DNA of 64,000 nt, from assembly GCA_026395435.1 (NCBI GenBank), contig JAPLYT010000003.1, positions 4,024 through 68,023 on the forward strand, given 5' to 3'. Below, one piece after another: positions 1 through 9,418 of this stretch. This DNA comes from Candidatus Saccharimonadota bacterium (GTDB lineage: Bacteria > Patescibacteriota > Saccharimonadia > Saccharimonadales > AWTP1-31). The position numbers and the translations under genes were made by a program. Position 1 is the stretch's first letter; the number at the start of each line of letters is the position of its first letter. The notes under the pieces were generated by a model. That model had not been told where the DNA came from and ran no database searches. It saw only the letters and a program-made list of their open reading frames with translations.

Positions 1-1388
1 TCCCAGAAAGAGAAAAATACAGGGACGCCGCTATCTCCGGTACCTAAAAATCCGCCAAAATCACCAGTTTGAGGGACTAAGCCTGTCGAATAACTGTTAA
101 AAACCGAAGAATTTGCATCGAGATTACCAATGAATCCTCCAGTATTATCACCGCCAGAAATCAATCCACGACTGTAGTTATTGTTCAAGTAAGCTTCACT
201 GACGTTACCAGAAAAACCACCTATATTATGATCGCCATAGGCATTTCCGGTGGCAAAAGATTCTGTTGTTGAATATCCATTATTCGAATTATTACCAACT
301 ATAGAACCTACTAAGCCACCAACATTACTATCACCATGGACATTTCCGGTGGCTTTTGACTGACGAATACCGCTAATATATGCGACACCTATTAACCCGC
401 CAACATCTTGTACGCCGGTTACTTCTCCTGATGCAGAAACGGTATTAAATTTAGCGCCATTGCCCATGCATCCATCTTGACCCACAAAGCCACCAACCTC
501 ATTTCTACCTGTAACTGTGCCTGTAGCATAAGAATTATTATACTGTGCAACACATGCTGATTGACCCACAAAGCCACCAACTAAATCGATACTGCTGTCG
601 GCTGTAACATTTCCGGTAGCAAAGGAATTTTCAACAGTATTTGTCGAGTCACCAAAATTAGATCCTGCAAATCCACCTATATTCGAATTTAAACACTCGG
701 TAGGTTGTGCAGTAATATTTCCGGTTGATGAAGAATTTAAAATGTTAGAAGTCTGCAGGGCACCAAATGCGCCGCCTATGTTATTGCAACCACCTGCAAC
801 AGCAACGTTTGCTATTACATTTGTAATATCGGTAGTAGACGCAGACCCGATAATTCCACCGACTTGTTGGTAATTTCCATTAACTGAACCGCTGACGGTA
901 ATATTTTGAAGTATTGTATGAGTTCCTCCATTATCGGTACTATATCCTGCCAAACCACCGACTTGACTACCCCCATTAACCGTAATATTTGTGAGGGTGA
1001 GGTCGTGAACATATGCTCCTTCAAGTGCAGTGAATAATCCTGACGCATCGTAACCATTAACGGTTACATCAGAAATTGTGAATCCATTACCGTCAAACTC
1101 ACCGTTAAATTCTTCATCATCCCAACCATTTGGATCCTTACCAATTGGCAGTAAATCACCTCCGCTGGAGCATGAGAAACTGGCAGTAAGCTTGAAATGC
1201 AGATTTTCTTGACCGCCGATGTCGTCCATAGCCCTAAGGTCTGTGCAATTCGAAATTAGGAATGGCGCTCCAGCGGATCCATTGCCAGCAAGCGCGTAAA
1301 CAGTATGTGAGAAAAGTATCGAAAACGTTGGTAGTAGCAACAAAAGCGATGCTAAAGAAACCTTTAATGTTCGCGTGATTGATTTCAA
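1..1388 (-). CDS. GLUG-repeat secreted surface protein, third tandem paralog (3' end runs off the window start)
   Basis: Not in the ORF track (open at window edge, TTG start). My translation of the minus strand from TTG at 1388 (AAGGA 7 nt upstream) gives signal peptide MKSITRTLKVSLASLLLLLPTFSILFSHTVYA. It continues with the cap PFLISNCTDLRAMDD..FNGEFDGNGFTISDVTVNG and repeats ending VGGLAG/VGGIIG/VGGFVG, as in the two upstream genes. The frame stays open to position 1. Confidence 0.75.
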   Translation of the reverse strand, partial: MKSITRTLKVSLASLLLLLPTFSILFSHTVYALAGNGSAGAPFLISNCTDLRAMDDIGGQENLHFKLTASFSCSSGGDLLPIGKDPNGWDDEEFNGEFDGNGFTISDVTVNGYDASGLFTALEGAYVHDLTLTNITVNGGSQVGGLAGYSTDNGGTHTILQNITVSGSVNGNYQQVGGIIGSASTTDITNVIANVAVAGGCNNIGGAFGALQTSNILNSSSTGNITAQPTECLNSNIGGFAGSNFGDSTNTVENSFATGNVTADSSIDLVGGFVGQSACVAQYNNSYATGTVTGRNEVGGFVGQDGCMGNGAKFNTVSASGEVTGVQDVGGLIGVAYISGIRQSKATGNVHGDSNVGGLVGSIVGNNSNNGYSTTESFATGNAYGDHNIGGFSGNVSEAYLNNNYSRGLISGGDNTGGFIGNLDANSSVFNSYSTGLVPQTGDFGGFLGTGDSGVPVFFSFW

Positions 1389-1422
1389 AACATTATCCTT
1401 TTTATAGTTTATTTTCATCATA

Positions 1423-4400
1423 TTATTTTCGATTTCCACCAAATCCGGTGTTTGGCGTGTTCACAACCAACAGAGCTGGGCCAGATGGATCCTTGATCTT
1501 TCCCACTGCAGGGTCTTCATCTAACGGTCCATTATCGACAATTTCGTATGCAAGCTTCACAGCGTTTTGTCCGCCAATAACAACGTTGGTAATTGTTGCA
1601 CCAGGGATAGTGCTATACGCGTTTGTGACAGAATTGTATTTGCGAGCTATGAAATCCTGAGCGGTGTAATTACCGAACCAATATTGCGAAATAGTAAACG
1701 AATGAGGGGCATTGGCTGCAACATCAAGTGGTGCACCACACGGACAACACTGCGCCGAAACCTTTGGACTGCCACCGTTTATAGACTGTGCACCGAGCGA
1801 CAATGCTGCAGTACCCATACAATCACAACAAGGATTGTAGCAGTCTGTACTAAAGCCCATTACACCCGCAGGATACGAATAGCCTGCATCTTTGTGATCG
1901 GTAGATTCTGGGACGACAGAAGTTGTTTTATTCAAAGAACCATTAACACCACCATTACATGTACCGGTATTAATGGCGACGTAGTTTCCGGTGATAGGGT
2001 TCAGGAAGTTTGTTACGCTTGCTTGCTCGGAATCAAGGATTCCATCGTTGTTGGCATCACCTTTGTTTGGGCCGTTGTTTTCTACCGAGTCGAGTACACC
2101 GTCGTTATCATGATCGGAATTTTCAGCTCGGGTAGTTCCTTCTAGAGTTGCAAATTCATCAATGAAGTTGTTATTAACGTGCATCGAGAATTCGTAGCTT
2201 GTGTTTGGATTCAGATTATAGAAAATTGCCTTTCCTTGAGGTCGACTGGCTGAATCTATATTGATCCAATCGGTATCACCGGTTTTTCGGTAGCGAGTAA
2301 CATTCCAGTCAGCTGGAGTTGCTCGACTCGAGTCGCCACCGTGATAGCCAACTTCGCACAATATTCTAGCGGTTGTTGATGTCAGATGCGTTTGTTCGCA
2401 GGTTATAATTGCGGTAGGGTCGAGCTGCCATTTGAATACAGGATAGTCATTGTTTTGCGTTGATGCAAATTCCCAAATTGTGGCAAAATCAAAACCATTA
2501 ATATCCGGGTTTACATTTGGATCTGCTTCGAAAGTTGGCTGATTAACTACTAGTTTCATTTCGTTTGTGTTCTTAGGAGTGGCTCTATTGTCGGTACTAA
2601 GTCCTGATGATTGCTGATCAAAGTACAGTGAATAATAGATAGGGGTGCCTTCTGCAACTCCAGACGCAACATCATTACCAATCATACCCCCTGTGTGTGC
2701 ATGGTCCGTTGCTTCGACGCCGCCGGTCGAGTAGGCATGAGTAAGTTGCCAACTATCAGCAATTTCGCCTATTAAACCGCCAACATTTCCATTGCCGGAC
2801 ACTGCACCACGAGAGTAAACGTCGTTAATACTACTTCCACTTACGAATCCGAACAGACCTCCAGCGCTATCTCCGGTAGCCGAAACATTTCCTTTTGAGT
2901 ATGACTTGTTTATTTTACTTGTTGAGTCACCAGCATTATATGCGCCACCGCTCAAATAACCACCCAATCCACCAACATACTGGTTCCCGGTGACACTTCC
3001 GGAGGCATATGACTTTGTAATAGTTGTTTGAGAACCTGAACCTATAAAGCCACCGACAGAAACATCTCCTTGTACATCACCAGATGCATATACTTTTAGA
3101 TAGGTACCGCCAACTCCTTCACAAGAGTCATCACCAACGAATCCACCGACTTCAGTCGCATGAGGAGCGGTTACATTACCACTGGCATAGGAGTTAGTTA
3201 TTGATGATTTACATCCACCCGATCCCGCAAAGCCACCAACCGAAAAAGCTGGATTGGCTGTTGGTAGATAGTCAACGACAACATTACCGGTGGCGTAAGA
3301 ATCGGATATTTCCACACCTTCGCCGAGTGCGATACCCGCAAACCCGCCAACATTATAGCTATTGGTATTGTTCGGTGAATTTCCATTGACGTTTCCATGC
3401 CCAGTCACCAATCCGGTAGCATGAGAGCCTGAGATTTTTGCTTTAGATGTAGGACTGAAATCTTGCATTTGGCCTACGAAGCCACCGGCATTAATTCCTT
3501 CAGACTCTACGGTAGCGGCAGTACTTGAACTTCGAATGTCGCCTCCCGTCATGTAGCCTACGAAGCCACCTACCTTATCTCCACTTTTTGCAACGCCACC
3601 AACATATACGTTCTCTCTGTAGTCTGCTTGAACAGTAGCATCTGAAGTAACAGTCACAAGGTTTACCATACCACCGCTAAGCTCTCCTATTGCTCCACCG
3701 ATGCTATAGCCACCATCTACATTTGCTGAGGTTGTACTTCCTGATAAAATTCCGCCATTCATAGATCCGATCAACCCGCCAATAATGTTTCCACTGCCAT
3801 GTACAGATCCGCCGAGCACTGAAGACTCGGAGATGATTGAAGTATCTGTATCGCTATCTTTGAACGTGTAGCCAGCAATCCCGCCACCGTTATAAGACAA
3901 GTAGGCTCTGGCCATGCTGTTATTTACAGTCACTCGGGTGATTGAAGTACTGCCTGCAACCCCTACTAAACCACCGGTATATTGTTGGCCGACGATTGAC
4001 GAATTAGTGAGCGTTAGGTCATGAATAGATGCTTTATATGTAAATCCAAAAAGCCCCACAAACGAAGTTTCTTTGCGGAAAATCCATAAGTTACTTATGA
4101 CCTTGCCATTGCCATCGAATGTCCCAGTAAAGTTATCCTGTGGTCCGCCAATTGGGTCAAAACCGCTATAACCGTTATTGACAACTCCTGTGTAGGAATC
4201 GTTTATGAGCGTACCTCCGACGATTCCGTCGACCCATTCTGATTCGTTCGGGTTTTGGGTAGCAGTGCTTGAACAGTCAATATCAGTGTTAAGTTTATAA
4301 CTAGCAGCTAGAGATGCCGTGTTGGCAGAAATTGCGTTGAGGTCTTCGCAAGAATTAATCAAAATTGGATCGGGTGCAAGCGCAGCTGCGATCTGAGGTG

Positions 4401-4476
4401 TAAACATCGTAATCATAGGTACCAGTAGCACGGCTACAGCTAATAATGAACTGGCTCGACGTAAATACTTATACAC
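1423..4476 (-). CDS. giant GLUG-repeat secreted surface protein (1017 aa), putative adhesin
   Basis: GTG start preceded by GAGGAG. Signal peptide MYKYLRRASSLLAVAVLLVPMITMF..AAALA. Cap motif INSCEDL..IDCSS..FTGTFDGNGKVISNL. More than 20 repeats of the type SYA[ST]GxVxGxxxVGG[FL][AIV]G (GLUG motif, PF07581-like). Also an FN3-like segment and acidic DxDxDG (thrombospondin type 3-like) repeats. The C-terminal module ends DPSGPALLVVNTPNTGFGGNRK. Confidence 0.85.
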   Translation of the reverse strand: MYKYLRRASSLLAVAVLLVPMITMFTPQIAAALAPDPILINSCEDLNAISANTASLAASYKLNTDIDCSSTATQNPNESEWVDGIVGGTLINDSYTGVVNNGYSGFDPIGGPQDNFTGTFDGNGKVISNLWIFRKETSFVGLFGFTYKASIHDLTLTNSSIVGQQYTGGLVGVAGSTSITRVTVNNSMARAYLSYNGGGIAGYTFKDSDTDTSIISESSVLGGSVHGSGNIIGGLIGSMNGGILSGSTTSANVDGGYSIGGAIGELSGGMVNLVTVTSDATVQADYRENVYVGGVAKSGDKVGGFVGYMTGGDIRSSSTAATVESEGINAGGFVGQMQDFSPTSKAKISGSHATGLVTGHGNVNGNSPNNTNSYNVGGFAGIALGEGVEISDSYATGNVVVDYLPTANPAFSVGGFAGSGGCKSSITNSYASGNVTAPHATEVGGFVGDDSCEGVGGTYLKVYASGDVQGDVSVGGFIGSGSQTTITKSYASGSVTGNQYVGGLGGYLSGGAYNAGDSTSKINKSYSKGNVSATGDSAGGLFGFVSGSSINDVYSRGAVSGNGNVGGLIGEIADSWQLTHAYSTGGVEATDHAHTGGMIGNDVASGVAEGTPIYYSLYFDQQSSGLSTDNRATPKNTNEMKLVVNQPTFEADPNVNPDINGFDFATIWEFASTQNNDYPVFKWQLDPTAIITCEQTHLTSTTARILCEVGYHGGDSSRATPADWNVTRYRKTGDTDWINIDSASRPQGKAIFYNLNPNTSYEFSMHVNNNFIDEFATLEGTTRAENSDHDNDGVLDSVENNGPNKGDANNDGILDSEQASVTNFLNPITGNYVAINTGTCNGGVNGSLNKTTSVVPESTDHKDAGYSYPAGVMGFSTDCYNPCCDCMGTAALSLGAQSINGGSPKVSAQCCPCGAPLDVAANAPHSFTISQYWFGNYTAQDFIARKYNSVTNAYSTIPGATITNVVIGGQNAVKLAYEIVDNGPLDEDPAVGKIKDPSGPALLVVNTPNTGFGGNRK

Positions 4477-4550
4477 GCTCAGGGACTCCTCAAGTAATTA
4501 CCTTTAGTGTACTTGATAATGGTTGTGCTTACTAGTATTTTTAAGCAAAA

Positions 4551-7500
4551 TTACAGCTTCGAAATACCGGTGTTTGGGACACCCACTCCAGCGAACCTGG
4601 AAGAGATTGGCCTTATAGCTAGAAGTGCGGGGCCAGTTGGGTCGGAAATTCGGCCGTTTACGGTGCCGTCATCATCAAGCGGACCACCGTCGATAACATG
4701 GTAAACCACTTTCATTACCGGCTTTCCGGCGATAACTTCGTTTGTTAGAACAGCATCAGGGATCGTAGTATACACATTGTTTTTCCATTTTCGAATCACT
4801 ATTTTGCTAATATCAAAAGTACCATAATAATATTGAGCGACCGTCACGTCAGACCCGCAGCCAGTAGCCGTGAAGCCGACCAATCCTGCCGGGTAATCAT
4901 ACATCGAGTCTTCGCTACTGCCTCCGGCCTCGCTACCTATCTGGACACCTTGGTTACTAGTGCAGTTAGTTTGTAGCACCGCGTACTTGCCGCTAACTAT
5001 GTCGACGTAACTTGAGACGTTAGATTGATTGCCGTCTGGTGTACCGTCATTATTTGCGTCTCCATAGTTGGGTGCATCGCTCTCTTGGTTGTTTTGTACA
5101 CCATCAGAATCTAAATCAATAGACCACTTGAGTTTGGGTGTCTTACCCTCTTGAATTACCCATATATCAGTAAAGGCCCAAATTGGTGATAAGTTGATTG
5201 TAAAAGGGGTATTGGTTGAATTACCGATAAAGTGGTTACTGTCATTACCGTCTAGGTTAACGAGTATACAAGAGTCATCGTTGTCGGCATTTCCATAACA
5301 ATTCAGGCCAGCTGATTGAGCATCAACATAAACTCGAGAGTCGGTAGTATAGGAACCAGTGTTTAGCCCAACAACGGACCCAACTGCAGATGGACCATTT
5401 TCACCTACTGAGACAAAAGAGTTCGTAATCGTTGCTTCACCATTTTGATACCCAATTATGCCACCAGCATGACCATTCTGAGCACTTACCCTATCGGTTT
5501 CAGCACTAGTGACGTAACTTTTATCAATTGTTACTATACCGATTTCACTTGCAATAAAGCCCCCCGCATTGTAAGCGCCAGCTGTTACTGAACCTTCAAA
5601 ATAACTATCTGAGATATGCGTAATCTGACCATCTTCACCAATCAAACCACCAGCATTATCATGACCGTTTACCAAAATCACCGCCTTTACAAAACTTTGG
5701 CTAATAGCGAGAGTAGGGTCATAATCTTCGTTAAAAGATTTCCCAATGAGGCCACCTACATTTGCGCCATTAGCAGAAAGTGAAGGACTGACGGCGCTAA
5801 CGTAATTCGTACGACTTAATATTGTATCTAACCCATTTGCATCTATATAGCCAATTAAGCCACCGACAGAATTTCCACTTGCCAGTATCGTTGATGTCGC
5901 TTTGCTCGTTGTGATATTTAATATCGGTCGGTCACCACTATCCTCAAAATAACTATAGGCGGTGCCGATAAGACCGCCACATTGGTTTGCGCATGAAATC
6001 GAACCAGTTGATTGACTATCACTTATTGTCAATGTGCTGGAATTCTCGACGTCACCATAGCCAATCAATCCACCAACAGAATTAGCGCTTGAACTATTGA
6101 TGGCAACGTCTGCCCGGCTATTTCGTATCTGGAGTGAACCAGGATTTAGCTCCGCGTATCCGACAACTCCTCCCCAGTAGCCATAATTGCCACTATTAGA
6201 GCTTGAGCCTATCGATACGTCCGATGTAGAGTTTGAAATTATAGTTGAAGAGCCATCATCGGTATAAACATATCCAACTATCCCACCGGGAAGGTAATCA
6301 GCGTGAATATTTCCTTTTACATGGACGGCATCAATCATTGCGCCCCCGTTGATTCGACCAACCAAACCACCCACCTCACAGCTTCCGGTGACATTAACTT
6401 CGTCAAGCGTAATGTCATGAACACTACTGTCGTTGTTCAAGCTAGCAAACAATCCGACATCGCAATCATTAGGCCTATTAATATACAGGCCAGAGATAGT
6501 GTGGCCTTGGCCATTGAGCGTGCCAGTAAAATCTTGGATCGGCATAAAGCCAAAGTAACCGCCGCTACCGTTGTCGTTCAAGGTTGCCGTACCGGAGCAA
6601 TCAATGTTTTGGGTAAGTAAATAGTCACCCGTAGGATCATTGACCATGTTTTGTATATCCGAGCAGTTTGAAATTGCATAGTTAATCACACCTAAGTATT
6701 TGTTGTATACGTAGTTCCACTCGCCATTCCCAACAATGTTTTTAGCTCGGGCTCGTATATCATAACGACCTACGGCCAAACCATTTATGCCAACGGCTGG
6801 GCTCGTTACCGGATACTCGCCCCAAGTATTCTGACCGGCCAAAGAATAGGCAAAATCGTAACCAGTAATTGCCGATGTCCCTGTATTGCTTGGTGCTACC
6901 CAGGTAGCACCAAGGCTAGTGACGTTATTTAAAAATTGGAGATTCGAGACTTGATCTGGTACCGTGCCGACCATGACATCGTCTACTTCAGTATATGCTC
7001 CAACCCCTACCTCATTGGCAGCCGCCACACGTAAGTCATATCGGACATTATTCGTCAGTCCATCAACGATTATATTGGTTATGCTTGAATTTGGATCGTG
7101 CCCAAATGTTGTCCATGCCGAGTCAGTAGATAATCGATATTGGATACTATAGTCTTCGATAGTACCATTCCCTACATTAAGCAAAGGCGCCCAAGTAAGA
7201 CTAACTTGAGCACTCGATCCTTCTGACTGAACGTTGGCGGGAGCACCAGGAAATGTCTTTAGTAAGGTTGGATGCCAAGAAAATTTTGGTAGATTTCCGG
7301 GATCCGCTACGAGATATGAAGATGCTGATGGACTGGAAAAGCTGACAAATGGTTCATTACTAAGTGACCTGAAGTAAGCACTGTCTGAAGTACGATTGGT
7401 ACAGCTTGTATTATTTGGTGTGGTCGTGTCTATTATCGCCCAACAATCAGATTTTACCGACAAAGCTGAGTCCCAGTTTAGATTTGCAAAATTTCCTGAA

Positions 7501-8312
7501 TTTACTCCACCGATAAGCCCTCCCACGCCTGGTGAGCTAACCGATCCAGTCGCAAAAATTTGGGTAACGGTGCCAGCCTGTTGTTTACCTATAAATCCAC
7601 CGGTATTAGTCCCGTTACCGGACACGTTTCCGCTGGCGAACGACGATGTAATATTATTATTGTTATATCCTGCGAATCCGCCGATACCATCACTGCCATT
7701 AATAACATTACCCTTGGCATAAGAGTTATTTATTGTGCCGGCATAGTTAGACCCAACAAAGTTACCCGTAAAACTTCCGCCATTCGTATTAATATTTGTA
7801 TCGGTGAAGGCAAATTCGATATGTCCTTTATTGAGGCCTGCAAGCACACCACTTCGTTCGCCAACGTTAAGATATCCACCCTGAATCCCAACATGGCCGA
7901 CATAGCCCTCGGCTCCAATGGTGCCAAACAAGCCAGTACCGTCTGTTCCACGACTTAGATTATTAATGTAAAGATTCTTAATGACGTGATCATTGCCGTT
8001 AAAGTTTCCTTTGAAATGTCCGGTTGTGTTGTTGCAGCATCCGTTGCTACCAATAGGTATGAAACCTTGACCACTGTTCCAGTTCAGGGTGTCGGAACAA
8101 TCAATATCGTTTGCAAGGCTGTAGTATTTGGTTAATTCTTGCTGGACCTCTTGTAGCTGGGTACACGTAGTAATTATGAATGGTGTCGCCTGGCTTCCAT
8201 CTCCAGCCCCCGAAAATGCATGTACTTGCCTGTTTTGGCCGAACATACTAAATGCTACTGATGCGATGAGCAATCCTGTAAACGTAATCGTAACTATGTT
8301 GATTTTTCTCAC
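4551..8312 (-). CDS. giant GLUG-repeat secreted surface protein (1253 aa), putative adhesin
   Basis: ATG start and signal peptide MRKINIVTITFTGLLIASVAFSMF. Two cap-plus-GLUG-repeat modules (caps FIITTCTQLQEV..IDCSD.. and YAISNCSDIQNM..IDCSG..). They are separated by two FN3 domains at roughly 6690-7250 (PGAPANVQSEGSSAQVSLTWAP.., VPDQVSNLQFLNNVTSLGATWVAP..). TSP3-like DSDGVQNNQESDAPNYGDANNDGTPD. Same C-terminal module as 1423..4476, ending DPTGPALLAIRPISSRFAGVGVPNTGISKL. Confidence 0.85.
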   Translation of the reverse strand: MRKINIVTITFTGLLIASVAFSMFGQNRQVHAFSGAGDGSQATPFIITTCTQLQEVQQELTKYYSLANDIDCSDTLNWNSGQGFIPIGSNGCCNNTTGHFKGNFNGNDHVIKNLYINNLSRGTDGTGLFGTIGAEGYVGHVGIQGGYLNVGERSGVLAGLNKGHIEFAFTDTNINTNGGSFTGNFVGSNYAGTINNSYAKGNVINGSDGIGGFAGYNNNNITSSFASGNVSGNGTNTGGFIGKQQAGTVTQIFATGSVSSPGVGGLIGGVNSGNFANLNWDSALSVKSDCWAIIDTTTPNNTSCTNRTSDSAYFRSLSNEPFVSFSSPSASSYLVADPGNLPKFSWHPTLLKTFPGAPANVQSEGSSAQVSLTWAPLLNVGNGTIEDYSIQYRLSTDSAWTTFGHDPNSSITNIIVDGLTNNVRYDLRVAAANEVGVGAYTEVDDVMVGTVPDQVSNLQFLNNVTSLGATWVAPSNTGTSAITGYDFAYSLAGQNTWGEYPVTSPAVGINGLAVGRYDIRARAKNIVGNGEWNYVYNKYLGVINYAISNCSDIQNMVNDPTGDYLLTQNIDCSGTATLNDNGSGGYFGFMPIQDFTGTLNGQGHTISGLYINRPNDCDVGLFASLNNDSSVHDITLDEVNVTGSCEVGGLVGRINGGAMIDAVHVKGNIHADYLPGGIVGYVYTDDGSSTIISNSTSDVSIGSSSNSGNYGYWGGVVGYAELNPGSLQIRNSRADVAINSSSANSVGGLIGYGDVENSSTLTISDSQSTGSISCANQCGGLIGTAYSYFEDSGDRPILNITTSKATSTILASGNSVGGLIGYIDANGLDTILSRTNYVSAVSPSLSANGANVGGLIGKSFNEDYDPTLAISQSFVKAVILVNGHDNAGGLIGEDGQITHISDSYFEGSVTAGAYNAGGFIASEIGIVTIDKSYVTSAETDRVSAQNGHAGGIIGYQNGEATITNSFVSVGENGPSAVGSVVGLNTGSYTTDSRVYVDAQSAGLNCYGNADNDDSCILVNLDGNDSNHFIGNSTNTPFTINLSPIWAFTDIWVIQEGKTPKLKWSIDLDSDGVQNNQESDAPNYGDANNDGTPDGNQSNVSSYVDIVSGKYAVLQTNCTSNQGVQIGSEAGGSSEDSMYDYPAGLVGFTATGCGSDVTVAQYYYGTFDISKIVIRKWKNNVYTTIPDAVLTNEVIAGKPVMKVVYHVIDGGPLDDDGTVNGRISDPTGPALLAIRPISSRFAGVGVPNTGISKL

Positions 8313-8380
8313 GGCGATGAAATTACCCCAAAGTGCTATTGGTTACAGTTTAGGCTAATTAACCACCCATTACAATCAAT

Positions 8381-9418
8381 TTACGATATGGATGACGATT
8401 CGAGCATTGAGAGTAGATTTTCAATTGATTCTGCATCCATTAGTCGTTCGCGGAATTCTTTGGCCCCGGGGAAACCTTCGATATAGACTTTGCAGAATTT
8501 ATTGAGCGTTACAATGTTACGTTCTTGATTTTTCCAGGTTTCGGCGAAAAGCTTAACATGTGAAGTGTATAAGTCGATCTTCTGTTGGGGGGTCATATTG
8601 CCCCACGGACTAGACTCAGCAAATACATATGGATCGTGAAAGACGCCTCGGCCGATCATCAAGCCATCCAAGCCATAATCCTCTGCGAGTTGTAGCCCTT
8701 GGTCGCGCGTTACAATATCGCCATTGCCAATGATTTTGGTGTCAGGAGAAAGGGAAGTGCGAAGCCTGGCGATATGGCCGATCGCATCCCAATGATTCGG
8801 TACTTTGGACATTTCTTTGCGGGTTCGACCGTGAATAGTTAGCATGTTAAGTTTATGCGAGAGTAAGTGCTCATGCCAGCTAAAATCAATTTCGTTCCAG
8901 CCCAGCCTCGTCTTAACGCTAACAGGGAAGTCCCCTACTTCGTCTCCCCTGCCCGCCTCTTTAAGACCTTCGGCCGACCCCTGTTGTACTGCTATGATGA
9001 TTTCTGAGGCTAATTCACGGTTATTGATGAGTGCGCTGCAACAGCCATTCTGAACGACTGGTTTGGCTGGACACCCCATATTAATATCAATCCCCGCAAA
9101 ATTTATTTCATTTTCTTTGATGTTAGGGTACATAGCTGCAATCTCAAGAGCGAATGTGCCGTTGGCAATCTCGCGAGCGCATTTGTAATAATTACCTGGT
9201 GTTTTACCCCAGAGCTGGACAATGAGAGGTTTTTCGGACGCCGTGGCGACCAATTTTGGCAACAGCTTTGGGCGCCCCGGACTCTGCAGACCATCGACAT
9301 TCACGAATTCAGTAAAATAAAGGTCAGGCGCAGCCGTAGTGGCTATCATCTGCCGGAAAACGGTGTCGGTGACGTCGTCCATAGGAGCAAGCACGAAAAA
9401 AGGCCTAGGAAGATTCAT
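8381..9418 (-). CDS. tRNA-dihydrouridine synthase (Dus family, FMN TIM barrel)
   Basis: Motifs VLAPMDDVTDTVFRQM, GIDINMGCPAKPVV, VSVKTRLG, LTIHGRTR, IIGNGDI are typical of the Dus family. Confidence 0.85.
   Translation of the reverse strand: MNLPRPFFVLAPMDDVTDTVFRQMIATTAAPDLYFTEFVNVDGLQSPGRPKLLPKLVATASEKPLIVQLWGKTPGNYYKCAREIANGTFALEIAAMYPNIKENEINFAGIDINMGCPAKPVVQNGCCSALINNRELASEIIIAVQQGSAEGLKEAGRGDEVGDFPVSVKTRLGWNEIDFSWHEHLLSHKLNMLTIHGRTRKEMSKVPNHWDAIGHIARLRTSLSPDTKIIGNGDIVTRDQGLQLAEDYGLDGLMIGRGVFHDPYVFAESSPWGNMTPQQKIDLYTSHVKLFAETWKNQERNIVTLNKFCKVYIEGFPGAKEFRERLMDAESIENLLSMLESSSIS

Noticed and set aside
815-1057. Tracked 80-aa minus-strand ORF at the window start.
   Set aside because: It is an alternative frame inside the real, untracked GLUG paralog (1..1388), whose frame gives signal peptide, cap and GLUG repeats.
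1-8312. Periodic DNA repeats considered as a CRISPR array or other non-coding tandem array.
   Set aside because: The repeats are degenerate, in frame and coding (GLUG units), with no constant-repeat/variable-spacer organisation. No cas genes are present in the window.
1379-8358. Many plus-strand ORFs inside the GLUG genes (e.g. 1379..1660, 1567..2145, 3201..3389, 6303..6620, 7396..7722, 7560..7958, 8128..8358).
   Set aside because: They lie antisense to long, motif-rich minus-strand ORFs and translate to low-complexity sequence. The biased, repetitive Gly/Val/Thr/Asn codons of the GLUG repeats keep the opposite strand open by chance.
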